Source: Bigelowiella natans CCMP2755
Lineage: Eukaryota; Protista; Cercozoa
Assembly (NCBI GenBank): GCA_000320545.1
Contig: ADNK01001860.1
Coordinates: 124,001-188,000, forward strand
DNA: 64,000 bases
Direction of reading: 5' to 3'
Positions 51,905-64,000 of the stretch are shown one piece after another. Each line of letters opens with the position of its first letter. Within the stretch, counting starts at the first letter, position 1. Made by a program: the position numbers and the translations under genes. The notes below the pieces were generated by a model. That model did not search any database. It worked only from the letters and a program-made list of their open reading frames with translations, and was not told the DNA's origin.

Positions 51905-54111
51905 CATCTGCTAAGTGTGATTATCGATGGCAAGCATGAAGAATTCTGACCGTAGATCATTTTCTTGAGAGGCAGCAGAGGCATAGCTACGATACGGTAA
52001 CCTAGTGGAAAATAAAAGAATACATGCATCTCGTACGCACCCGCAGCAGCAGCAGTAAGACGATTATAAAGAGACACATCACCAACGCCAATGAAACAAA
52101 TATCTCCATGATCACCACCACTATCATCATTATCCTCCTCATCATCATTCCATCGACTGAATTATTTTCTTCTTGATACATTCAAAAAGAGTAAAATCAC
52201 CGTGAAAATCCACCAGTGCTTGCATCGGTACCCGGATTTTCTTCACATGATATTTATACCTAACATTTACGTGTCACACACGCACACATGTACGCACATT
52301 ATTAATATTACATATAATATCATATATTATACGATTTTCAATGGAAGCGAAGATTCATGATTGGCCATCATCATTATCATCATCATCATCATCCTCTTCT
52401 TCTTCTTCTTCTCACATGTTAATAGCTCCCTTCAGCTCGTGGCCTGCTGCTTTTGCTGCATACTCCAAGTTCCTTTTAGAACCCCCTAGTAGCAGTTGCA
52501 GAAGTTATAGTAAACGAAACAAGTCATTTTTACGATTGATAGTAGCAGTTGTAGAAGTTGTAGTAAACGAAACAAGTCATTTTTACGATTGATAGGGAGT
52601 AGGAAAAGACATGGAAGTTAAAACATTGCGAGCATAGAATTTGCAGCAGGTCTGGACCCTTGGAGGAAGTTTTCGTTCGATTCAAACATGGAGAGACGCA
52701 GACGACGCATAGAGCAGAACAACGCCCAACACCGCAGCAGCTATACATGCACATGATAACATAAAATACGCACGCACATTAAACTACACGCACACAAATA
52801 ATATTGACCATAGATCCAGTTGGACTTTCCCATCGGAGGGTCGACGGCTAGTTTGAACAGAATACCGCGCACCAGGTACTTATCACCTGCATTATTGTAG
52901 TATTTTGGGTTAATGTAGTGAAAATTAGAAGCAGAATTAAGTAGTAATAGTAGTGTATATGAGGGACAATTTGTATTTCAAAAGATTTACAGCTACATGA
53001 ATATTGAGATATTTGCAGGCTCAAGATGATCTATCTACAAGTGGTAGGTATCATGGACCTCCTGCAACCCCGCCTAGCTTGTGTTTCTTCACGGTTCGTT
53101 TTTCGTGCAGAAAGTATTCTGTAATAGCTGTGCGTCCGTAAGCCTGCACATCATAACCGCTTAGAGGAGAGCAAAACAATAATCTTGGTGTCGAGTAATC
53201 CCCTCAGTGTCACGCAGCAACTACCTTTGCAATCTCAATGAAGTCAGTGCTGAGTTTGGTGAGCGTCTTGTACTTCACCAACACCTGAGAATAATAGCGT
53301 AATTTGCTAAGTATAGTAGTCCAATGGTCAGCTTCTAACTTAATGTACATGCACATTTTGCATTCTACACCTCATGAGCAGTCCGCTCAGGTAGCTCTTC
53401 CGCTTCAAGAAAGGAGGAACTCCAATCTTTCATTTCTACAACCTGCGTTTGATTGGCACGTTATGTCATGGAGAATGATTGAACTTGCCATACATCAATT
53501 ATACCTGCCGATCGTCAAAGATAGACGTGAGATTTAGGCTTTGCTTGAGGGACTTTTCATATTTTGTCTCCTCCTTCCGCTTGATTTTCATTCTCATTTT
53601 TCTCTCTTCTTCATCCTCTGGAGCATCCTGAGCACCGTATCGAGAACCGCTTCCGGCAACCTTCAAATCATCGGGATTGGTGAGAGCGCCATAAGTTTCG
53701 CCCTGTTGAAAATATCGCGAATAATAAGGATAAATGGTAAGCCAAGCTATTCAAGAAAACATGAAGACACGAACAAAATGATGATGATATTGGGGAGGAG
53801 TATAAGTAGATGGGCTATCTAAATATAATGTAGATGTGCTTGGTTGTTGTTACCTGTGCAGCTCCGTAGGCGTCAGTGCCATAAACGTCCCCGAGGGAAG
53901 CGTTGTACGAATCAATATCTATTCCATCACCCCCTTCAAACTCTTCATCGTCGTTCGTCGGACCAAAGCCAAGGTCCTGCGCACCATACCGCGACCCATG
54001 TTCCGAGGTAACCTTTACCTTCTCTTCTGAATTCGTAGTTTTAGCTAACTCATCCTGCTCCTCCTGGGTCATGCCTTCAGGGACCAGGGAGGCCCCGTAC
54101 TTGCTGCTCAT
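46052..54111 (-). CDS. Clu (clustered mitochondria) domain protein with C-terminal cysteine-containing LRR array, many exons
   Basis: Clu-type motifs GGVAG/DKYLVRGILFKLAVD, KAAGHELKG, PMQALVDFHG/YRIVAMPLLP, AGDIEGH, DNRYYLLDLARAFPP, FRMLRPEF, LSCDA, ELHRNG/INVRHVG. The last exon (874 aa) carries about 11 LRR-CC repeats (LNLSxCxxLTDxSI). Confidence 0.88.
52487..52592 (+). repeat. Intronic tandem duplication, 53 bp x2
   Basis: Two copies that differ at only two positions. Confidence 0.9.
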
Positions 54112-54751
54112 GATGGGATATTTTCTTCCTTTTACGGTAGAAAAACATGTCTAAAAAGTATAGATATTGTCCGCATCTTCTAAATACCAGATCTGAAGAT
54201 ATGCGAAATTAATTTAAGGAAGGATATCGTAAGATTTGAATTCTCATGATTACCAAAATTGATGTTTTCGGCCTGATATTCAGACTATTTACATGTGCGC
54301 AGCCGGAAACAGATTTTTCGTCTCCAACGATGTCGTAAGGAGAAAATGTTAGGAAAATATCTACCGGAATTAATAATCAGAACGAAAAACTAACAACAAT
54401 TGCAATAATGATGACATAGAGTCTACATGTTTTTTATTTCACCTGGGCATTTACTCGAGATTATTGCCGTTGGAAACCCAGCTGACGATGCGTAGGAAAC
54501 AGAGCTGAAAAATAATAAATGGATGGATAATTATTCCTGCGACAACATATTTTTATTGTCGTCACAACAAAGCACAGAGTTTCGTTCCCTCATCAACATC
54601 GTCGCGGAACTGTACGGACTCAGGTTAGCTGTCTGGAGAGAGAGGCATTCTGTATTCAGAAGCTTGCCATTTCTTGCCGTGACATGTAGAGATTGATTGT
54701 GAGACTTCAGGAAATTTGTCTTATGTGCCTATTTCGTCGTGAAAGCTGATT

Positions 54752-55342
54752 ATGTCATATACCAAAGAAACCGTAATGGAGGATCAAGAAGAGGTGTTCG
54801 AAGTTGAAAGAATCGAGCACATAAGAACGCGCAAAGGACAGAAAGAATATCTGATCAAATGGAAAGGCTACGGCGAATCTGAAAATTCTTGGGAACCTGC
54901 ATCAAGTTTCGAAGAGGGTTTGGATAGTGCCCTAGCGAAATATTTGCAGAGGCGAGAATCTGAACAAAGACGCAAATCTCGTTCTTCTTACTCGAGGAAA
55001 GGTCGAAATACACCCTCGAGGAAAAAGATAGCATCCACGAAAAAGGCATCAGCAAGCAGCACAAAGAGAAAGAAAACTGTTCCGGCCATAGGCACACGAC
55101 GATCTGCACGCCTCAGCAAAAGGCAAAAAAATGCAATAGAGGATGTCGACAATGAAAGAGTGAGGGCGGGAATAAGGGAATTAAAGGCTGCCCTTGATGA
55201 GGCATATGAAGAAGGAGAAGAGGGAAGCAAAACTCCCGAACATGACGCAACAACTGAGGACACTGAAAACACTGAGAAAGCGGATGTTCCAGTATCAAAT
55301 TTCGGATGGGCATCTATTTCGAGTATTTGTCCAATATCGTGA
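54752..55342 (+). CDS. Chromodomain protein with basic hinge, acidic stretch and C-terminal CaaX-like motif
   Basis: EEVFEVERIEHIRTRKGQKEYLIKWKGYGESENSWEP with aromatic cage F/W/Y intact; K/R-rich NLS-like region; ends CPIS-stop. No chromoshadow domain visible. Confidence 0.9.
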   Translation: MSYTKETVMEDQEEVFEVERIEHIRTRKGQKEYLIKWKGYGESENSWEPASSFEEGLDSALAKYLQRRESEQRRKSRSSYSRKGRNTPSRKKIASTKKASASSTKRKKTVPAIGTRRSARLSKRQKNAIEDVDNERVRAGIRELKAALDEAYEEGEEGSKTPEHDATTEDTENTEKADVPVSNFGWASISSICPIS

Positions 55343-55520
55343 AGAGATGCGTCAAACCTCTGACACAGATCCGTTATGATTCAATTTGTGCACAAATTTA
55401 ATGTCGAGTTGATGATGCAAAGTATCGAATTCAATTGCTGTTTGTTCACATTGCATTGACTATCCATTGCACATGAGACATCTATCGCATAGCTCGGCGA
55501 CCGTACATCGTATACAGCAT

Positions 55521-56001
55521 GTAAGACGGATGTAATCAAATTAATCAAATTTGTTCAATGGCCATCCTCATATAGCTGTGCAATGCAGATATCACATCGT
55601 CGTGTTGAATCTGTTGGTCTCCGCTATGCTAGCTATGCATGTCTATCATTATGATGTGTTTAATGCAATCAAATGCATGTTGTTTCGGTCTTGAATGGCG
55701 CGCATTTCGCGCAGCAGTGCGTGTTTCCTTCTCATCGCAAGTCAATCTTTTCGTTTCGTCGTCGCGCATCACTATGGCAGTGGGCTGATTATATTAAGCA
55801 GCGTTGATGTGTGGTGTGTGCAATGCTAGCTAGAATGCGCGCTCCGCGCCTGGGCATACTTGGTAGCTATCTAGCTAAACATACACATATATCCTGTAGC
55901 AGAAACCAACAGATGCAACATTAGCGCTGTAGCCGCTGCATTGCACAGCTACATCAGGATGACCATTGAAAAATTTAATTCTTCATTACATTCGTCTCAC
56001 A
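55521..56001. mobile_element. Putative old MITE formed by two inverted copies of the ~80-bp dispersed repeat
   Basis: 55521-55588 is the imperfect reverse complement of ~55936-56001. No clear target-site duplication. Confidence 0.55.
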
Positions 56002-56298
56002 CATATATCCTACGCAGGTGTAGCAGCAAGCAGATATCACATCGTCGTTCGAAAATTAATGCGCATGCATCATTACACATCGTATCGAATCGAATAATCG
56101 TAGCAGCATCATTAAGTATTATATTAGACGGTGTGCTTGTATTAAACAAGAATGCGCATACTTATTTACACGACAAACTGCAGATGGAATGATACATATA
56201 TACGATGTACGTATGCTAGCAACTCATGTAAATAGACCATGGTATTTTTTCCAACAAAGTTTTTCAGCGAAAACCTTTTTACACATACTTTTCTTTCA

Positions 56299-56801
56299 TC
56301 ATCGAACAATTTTTCTGCATACCCGCACGCTAACGGAACAACGTGAGGAATAGGCAAATTGAGAAGTTGTTCGGGACTTCCAGTTTCTCTGAATCAGTAG
56401 TACCCTCCCCGAGGACCAGAACGCCGAGAATACTGAGAGTATACTCCTCCTTTTGTCTCCTAATGTAGAGCCGGCTACATTTAAGTATTTCACTCAATGG
56501 AGTACAAATTTTAATGTTACGTATGCGTAGCCACGGATGTTGTCCTCATACTCATCAATTTTCCCTAAACTCCGAATCGATTTGGCACGTTTGTCCAAAA
56601 TCCTAATGAGTTAAGCACCAAGTACTTACTATAGGCAACCCCGATTTATGGGTAAAGAAAAATAGAGTAAAAGGAGCTACTCTTGGAATTTCTTCGAGTC
56701 GTCTTCCGAAATCTTGATGGTCTTCAAGAAGGTCTGATAAGAAAGCGTACACAATTCTATCTGCTTACTTCACATTTTTTTGATGAACTTAAATATTTAT
56801 A

Positions 56802-56872
<71 letters not shown>

Positions 56873-57757
56873 TACCACAAACTCATCTTTGGAAACGAAA
56901 CCATTGCTGTCCTTATCAAGTCCTGTGAAATGGAGTCATATTTTAAAAAAATTTCTAAGCATATCATGCTTTGATGCTGTACCTGTCTTTGCATCGTCCT
57001 TCGCGATTTTAATTTTTACAATCTATTCAATTGTGTACCAAATAGTACCCTCAGAAGTTATGCTGTACTTTTCCACAATACGGGCAAAAAAAGATTACTA
57101 ACAGCGCGTTTGAGCCGAGCAACATGACCAACCTTGAGACCACTTTCCTATTTGTACATAAGCACACCCATAAACCAGTGACTACAAAATCTATGCTGGT
57201 TGAAAACCTTTTCGAATGATTCAAAGTCAGTGATTTCAAGGAGCTTTTCAAAGTCATATTTCTTCTCCTCAAGCTCTTTTTGCTGGCCAGTTAGGCGGGC
57301 CATCTGCAACAATCCCGCCAAACTGAAAACAAGTATAATCATCGATAGGATAAAGGAGAATTTTCAGGGTCTGAATATTAATTTATACTCGGTCGGAACG
57401 GTGAAATCAGGTTCCTTGGCTTGTTTCTTCATTGCTGAAATGACTTCTTCGCTAACGTCCTTATAGATATAGATCATCAGAGCTGCTCCACTTCCTTGTG
57501 AAGCTGAGTAAATTGTTGCGAAATATTTGAAGAAAATATAAATCTCACTGCTGCAGTGAGCTCGGAGAAAAACTTGTCCAATTCCCGCGTTTCAAGCACA
57601 TCGTTCTTGTTCGCATCGAATTCCTTGATAAATACGTCGTCAAAAACCACCACTAGTAGCACCACAGAAAATAACAAGATTTTAGAATAAGGGTGGAGGG
57701 ATTGGACTCACGCACAGAGAAGAGTTTTTGGGCAAGTCCTGATTCGCTTGCTCCCAT
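56299..57757 (-). CDS. EF-hand calcium-binding protein with possible N-myristoylation, multi-exon
   Basis: Starts MGASES; EF-hand loops FDANKNDVLETREL and DKDSNGFVSKDEF. 3' end approximate. Confidence 0.65.
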
Positions 57758-58059
57758 GGCTGGAGTTGGGCGACGATAATATCTCCCGAGAAAAAGGTTG
57801 AAACAATAATATCGTCGGGTATTTTCATCATGCGACAAAACTTTATTTCAATCAGGATAGGAATTGCATACTAGACGCTAGTCTTAACGCGCTGTCCTAT
57901 TATTTTAAGATGGCGGAAAAAAAGATATCACGGGATATAATCGTTGTCGCACACAGGATTTATCCTATGAATGTGGAATTGCCTCGGTTAGCTTGTGATC
58001 TTCTTTCTGGTGCTCGAATCCTCTTCGTGTCTTCTGGAAACGTCGATCATCAGTGGTTC

Positions 58060-59018
58060 CAAGGGGGATTCACTCCCCCGGGTTTTGGTCCGTGTCATGC
58101 TCGGAATCCAATCCAAACTTCTTCCGAAGCACCACAGAAGACTTCTGGACGTGTGAGAAGGTCCAGAATTGTCCAGAAAGGGGTGCAAAAAAGTGGATTT
58201 TCAAGGAAAAAAATCGAGGGCAAAAACTTTGGGTGCCGCGGAAAGGGTCCACTTTGCGTGTTGGCTCAAAAAAACATGCTCAGAGGCCGTGTCAACAGCA
58301 ACTCCATCACCTCCAGAAGTTCCACTCCAAAGTTCGCAAAATTGAACGTTTCCGCGCCAAAAAGGTGCTTTTTTTTTGTGGTTTTGACTTTGGTGAGTTT
58401 TCGATGTGTGGCTCCTAGCGGCCTGCACGGTGCCGATGCGGCAATCAATGAAGCTGGATGTGATGCGCGACGCGCAGCTCCAGAGCTGCTTGGGATTGGA
58501 CGCACGAGCAAGACGTGTGGGCACGATGGCGCACACTGGCACACTTTGTGCGTGCGCCCAGCGCGCGCGCGCACGCAAGCACTCACAGCTTCCCACTCTG
58601 ATGCACACTTGTCACTTGATCATCAAATTGAAGCTAGACACGTCGCGACGTCGCGCACGACTGGATGATCGACGCTGCGCACGTGATCAGTCACACACGC
58701 TGGTGCACACATCGATGGGAAGGGCGGGAATGATGAACAATGAATGATGAACAAAGCATTGATCAAATCTGCATGCGCCAGGGAAGTGGGTTGGGCACAT
58801 CTGAGACATCCCAGTGACTCGATGCCAAGAGTTCCGCCAATGTGCATCTTGGGCAATTTCACTGGACACTTTGTGGATGGTTTTTGAAGAAAACATTGAG
58901 GAATTTGAACAAAATTTGCATTTTTTTGGGTGAAATCGAAAAAATTTTCCCGGCTGACGCCGGGGCAAAACCGCCGAGCATGATGCGGACCAAAACCCGG
59001 GGGAGTGAAACCCCCTTG
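58060..59018. mobile_element. Non-autonomous P-element-like DNA transposon (959 bp), TpA-eroded
   Basis: 45-bp TIRs CAAGGGGG(A/T)TTCACTCCCCCGGGTTTTGGTCCG(TG/CA)TCATGCTCGG (58060-58104 / 58974-59018) and an exact 7-bp TSD GTGGTTC (58053-58059 / 59019-59025). CAAGG...CCTTG ends with a 7-bp TSD fit the P superfamily. Confidence 0.9.
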
Positions 59019-59032
59019 GTGGTTCAAAGTTA

Positions 59033-59157
59033 GTTCGAGGCACTGCGTTTCGCACACTGCAAATCTCTTGTTGCAACATTTTGGAAGTGCAGTTTGTCAT
59101 CATTGTTCATTGTGCATTGCTCTTTGTTCGAGGCACTGCGTTTCGCACACTGCAAAT
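59033..59157 (+). repeat. 32-bp direct repeat GTTCGAGGCACTGCGTTTCGCACACTGCAAAT x2
   Basis: Copies at 59033-59064 and 59126-59157. Confidence 0.85.
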
Positions 59158-59772
59158 GCCAGAATGTCTTGCAACACTTTGAAAATGCGCGATCTAGCGA
59201 TGCAGTTCATCATCATTGTTCATTCTAGCATTGTTCAGTTTCTTTCTTTTTCTATGGAACGTTGAATCTTGAATCTCCCCCACATCTACTTGCTCAAGCT
59301 AGCAAGCTAGCAAGCTACACATGCAAGCAAGTTCCACCAGTGTCTGTGGCGAATGGTTCCACTCCATTGCAAGTGGATGCATGCATGGATGGGTACATTT
59401 ACGCACGGACTGCTACGTAGTGATTTTTGGTGCACATATGCATGAGTACACATAGCCGCGCCACTGGTGCATACGGAGGAATTGTAGTCACATGCTAATA
59501 CATGAGAAAAGTAATTTAATAATGTGCCACGAACGTTATTTTGGTGGCGAAATAGTACTACATAGCCATGGACGCTGGGTACACACATGCGCATAATTGC
59601 ATCTTAGCTTTCAGCGGAAATATGCCACCGTCGTCCAATGAATTATGATTTGTCATGAAATATCCTCTTTTCCCCCCCCTTCCGATTCCGAATGGCAGAA
59701 GGCAATGGTGGATCAGAGATGCAACTTACAATCCTCTCCTTCCTTCGATCGACGTGCACATCTTATGCATAT

Positions 59773-62700
59773 TCACTTGAACCTATAAGATCATGTCGTT
59801 AGAATCTGCAAGTATCTTCGCTGATATTGACTGACGTAAATTGTATACTATATTTATGCTTTTTTATGTTATGCATTTTCTCGTCCTCTCGTCCTTCCCC
59901 CTCACTCTCCCGCACCCGCCCCCCCCCATACATATAATATCCGTATAATGTACAATGATTTTTCATTCGACTTTCCTAACCTGGCCTTCACTGTGTTTCC
60001 ATCGAATACCCGCCCATTTAAATCCTTATTAAAAGTTATTATTATCACTATGTATCCCTTCATTGTTGGTGCTGCCGATTCATCAATGAATCAGCAAGAA
60101 AGAACGGCGTCGGAAGAGGAAGAGACGAAGAGAAGAGAAATAAAAGAGAGGGGGGAGGGAAGAGAAATAACATAACAGAGAAAAACACGCATTTACAACA
60201 AACACACAAAATACCAACCAGAAGCAAAAACAGGCAACAAAAGCACCCATTGTGAATCAACTATGGCGCTGCTGCTACAACTGCTGCTGCTTCTGCGCCT
60301 CAACTTAATTTTTCACGAGGACAACCTCATCACAATCATCATACCATCCTCCTCCTCCTCATCATCACCATATTCACTTATCATCGTTGATGAGTGTCGC
60401 TCTTCATGACTGCTACTGCTACAAAATTCATACCTTAAGTGCTGCCTCCGCGGCTTTCGTGGTTTTAAAGCTTACAAACACTTTACCTCTATCGATACCG
60501 TCTTTAGAAATTGTGACGTTGGCGACCTGTGCAGATGGGAACGATGATGATGATGGTAACTATGATGATAATAATTACGATGGTGACAACAATAATAATG
60601 CTTATAATCCGGATAATTATGATGGCGATCATAATAGTAATATTGATCATGTTTAAGTCGTAAAAATACATTACTGTCGACTTCAGAATCGATCAATCAA
60701 CTACACGAGCGACAGCAGCAGCAGAAACAATATTTGCGGCGATCACGACGTATCGATATACGAAATTTCTCTCCCTTCTCCCCTCTCTTCTTGCTCACTC
60801 GCCTTGCCTTCAGGCCCATATAAATCAGTGGCTAGCTTCTCTCTCTCTCTCTCTCTCTTATATCTCCACTAATCAATAGTTTTCTACATGTTGCCCTAAC
60901 TCCTCGTTCTCCTTCTCACCTCTCCGAAACCCTCGCATTCTATCTTGATATCTTCCAAACACTCCTTGTACCTGCCAACAGCACCATCCATTACTACTAC
61001 TTCTTCTACTACTACTACTACTAACTACTACAACTGCTACTACTACAGATGTATAGGGGGAGGGGGCTTTATAAATCCAATTCAACTGAGCATGCTGCAG
61101 ATATCAATTCCATACAATCATAAGGATCATCCTACTCTCGTTCGTCCTGCAGCATTTTCTCCGTGATCATGTTCTCCAGCACAATGTTTTGGGAGGGGGG
61201 CGGCGCGACGGTGGAGGAAGTGGTCGTTGCTACAGTCGTGTTAATCCCGGTGATGCCGCTCGTTATTGCCGGGTTGATATTCATCATCCCCCCAAGGCCC
61301 CTTGAAGAAGTAATTCGTCATCGTCGTGAAACAGCACCAAACACAACATCACATTAAATGACATCGAGCGCCACAACATAAATATACCAAACGTTACATC
61401 AAAATCCACAAAACAAAACCAAGAACAACCACAACTTCAGAGCGCTGAAAAGGCATCGTCCGTCGTTGACTCTCACTCTACCCCCTCCCCCCCTCCTCTG
61501 TTGCCCCATCTTCAAAGCTGCTGTGATCTGCCGCAAAATTTATTTTCCCTATTATTATTCTCCACCACTATCGGTTGTAATAAATACCCGCTCAATGCTG
61601 CTGCAGCAGCTGCTTGCTGCATCTGAAGACCAGCTGCCATCATGAGCGGATTCCTCATCGCAAGGCCTCCAAAGCCCCCTAGGCCGGTAGCAGCACCCAG
61701 TAGTCCTGCTCCTGCCCCAATGCCTCCTAGCCCCAACCCCATAGTGCCTGTGAGGCCCATAGACGGTCCAAGGCCACCGAGGACTCCACCTCCTTCAATT
61801 ATAGCGATTGTAGTTCAAATTAAGTATATATATAACTGTTGAAAGAATGTAATTCATTCATTACATCCGTCTCATAAGTATAATTTTTCCTCAAAGGAAA
61901 ATGCGATATGCTGATGTAATTCGACAAACAGAAATGTAGTGCAATTTGTGTGTCTTCCTCTAGTAGTGTCGTCGTCGTCGTCATCATCATCATCATCACC
62001 AACATCAACAAGAGCAATAATGAGATACCACCGGGATTATAGCCCGCAGGGCGGCCAACTTTCAGCGGACGACCGACTAAATCCATGCCGTTTAATTGCA
62101 GCGCGCGGGTCGCAATCTCAGGGGTCTATCAAACAACCAGACATCATGAGTCCTCCTCGTTGTAATGATATCAATATCATTTTCGTCATCATCATCCATC
62201 CCTATCAACACCTTAAATTCGATGAAACAATACTTGCCGGAGTCGTTCATAGTACACCCCGCCACAACGTTTGGTCCCAGAGCCTGTTAAGCAATATTCT
62301 CTTTAGCTCGCATCGCAAACGTACACGCAGTCATACTCAATCATCCAATATGCGTGCTGCACACACTTGTACCAGCGTCACAACGACTTACCGAGTCGAA
62401 AAGGCTCGCGAGCATATCAGAGGTCACCCCTACTGTAATGTTGCCGACGTAGATCTCTCTAGCCTTCTTGTTTGGGTCGTTTTTGCTTGCCGCAGCCTTA
62501 ATGATAATATGAAGAAGGAAGCACCCGAACGATACCATACCAACGATTACTCAACAAGCGATGATTCAAAGGTGATTTTTGATCAAATCCGTATTGCTTA
62601 TTTTATGAACGTCTATCGTTCCTTTCATATTCTCTCTACGTGGCGACATAACAGACGCGTGTTCTTCGAGGAGAACCCACCACATCATTGACGGCGCCGC

Positions 62701-63074
62701 TGTTAGGGTCGATGTATCCTCGAGGCCTGCCCGTGCGAATGGGACGGCCGACAAGGTTCTCCCCATTTACACCTAAAGCCTTAGTTGCAATTTCCGGAGT
62801 TCGAAATTCCACGAATGCAAACGTCCCGCCACTGTCAAGTTGGACCTGCAATCGCAACATATCCTCTAAATCATCGTTTCTGCGAGACATTTAGAGGGGC
62901 AGCAAGAATGAGAAGGGGGAGGGATTTGATAGGGAAGACAACCCGTACGCAAGGTGGCCCATCTTTATGATATTGTTGAAGGACGTGGTGAGTGTTGAAG
63001 AAGGTGTGGACCTGTAGCAATAATTTAGTGCTCAGCAACGTAACTTAAATGTGTGAAAGGAGGCAGCACACACA

Positions 63075-63114
<40 letters not shown>

Positions 63115-63639
63115 ATGTCTCCACTTATCCCTCGCTGCAGGTTTCCAACGTATAGTTCCCGCTGTTTTGGATTATCTGCCGGCTATCAAACAACAAACAT
63201 CAGGGAATGAGTTGTGGAAGCAAACAGAGCAGTAGAAGTGCGCAGGGGCAGAGTAGAGAGTAGCATGGACGAATACACTTACATTCGAAACTCCAAGCTG
63301 AGCTTTTGCAATCTGTTCCTTGAGAAGCGCAGCGGCTGTTGCTGCAGCATCTACTGCAGATGATCTTGGCGCAGGTGCATTCTGAGCGGGGATACTACTT
63401 TGTGCTGGTATTGGTGTTGACGTGCTTGCGGGGGCGTTCGCTGGTGACGGACCCACATCCCAACCCCTCTGCTTCTTTCGCCTCCGACGGGGGGGATCAC
63501 CATTGCCGTTTTCGGTTTTGGTATCATTAGCAGTGCTCTGAGTAGAAGCTTTGTGGTCGTTACTGGAGGTCGGCTCGATCTCTTTGCGATCACGCTTTTC
63601 ACCCGGAGCTGCCTCTGTACTAGCTTGCGCGTCGCTCAT
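59773..63639 (-). CDS. U2AF2: Splicing factor U2AF large subunit (U2AF65)-like RRM protein, multi-exon
   Basis: RELYVGN, GTFAFVEFRTPEIATKAL..LVGRPIRTGRPRGY, KAREIYVGNI, GKYCFIEF, LVGRPLKVGRPAGY; C-terminal UHM-like IVLENMI...DLNGRVFDGNTVKARFK; N-terminal RGWDV. Orthology not certain. Confidence 0.75.
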
Positions 63640-64000
63640 CGTATATGTAACTGCATCGAAATAAGTGGAGATGAATTAGACGGTTGAGTTGATCCAAATT
63701 CTTATTTTTTTAATTCCCTCCGGGAACACATGCCAGAGGGATGCGTCATCATAATGGAATAATATCATCGACTTGCGGAATGCAGAAGAACTAGACTGGT
63801 CAAGAAAATTAAACTTCACTGAATTCTTTTGAGTAAAAGATGCCACAATGGGGAAATTGAACTTGCAATAACGTCGTGAAAGTGGCATTGAATTTACATT
63901 TGTACGCACCAGGACCGCGCGCGAAGAACGGTTTGTGTGCGAGAGCGGAGGGGGCAAGGCGCAAAGGATTGAAAAGTACGAAGATAATTGTAGGACATTC

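Noticed and set aside
57910-59265. ORFs 57910..58668 and others as a possible transposase
   Set aside because: Same stop-codon depletion artefact; no DDE or THAP motifs, and the element is too short.
1-64000. rRNA/tRNA genes and species assignment
   Set aside because: No structural RNA recognised by eye (tRNAscan-SE or Infernal would be needed). The gene style suggests a protist, possibly rhizarian, but this cannot be established from the window.

Overview
Gene-dense eukaryotic (protist-like) nuclear DNA with GT-AG introns, many of them filled with microsatellites. Genes I can support: a 6TM K+ channel, a putative glycosyltransferase, RAD51B, a membrane-anchored pepsin-family protease, a tandem claudin-like membrane protein, an opine dehydrogenase ending in SKL, an ankyrin protein, an aldehyde oxidase-like molybdo-flavoenzyme, a PDZ membrane protein, a Clu-domain/LRR protein, a chromodomain protein ending in a CaaX box, an EF-hand protein and a U2AF65-like factor. 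The window also holds two clear non-autonomous DNA transposons and a small dispersed repeat. The most striking signal is a set of sharply bounded repeat- or transposon-like islands (about 7.5-9.5 kb, 44.9-45.85 kb, 58.0-59.3 kb; weaker at 0.7-1.4 kb). In these, TpA is almost eliminated, TG/CA is abundant, and CTAG is the most frequent surviving context. Paired repeat copies show TG in one copy opposite CA in the other, and a dispersed repeat shows TA, TG and CA at the same site, which points to TpA->TpG/CpA change. I infer a repeat-targeted A->G (T->C) hypermutation process, a 'reverse RIP', that I do not recognise as described. All counts are by eye, and exon boundaries are approximate.
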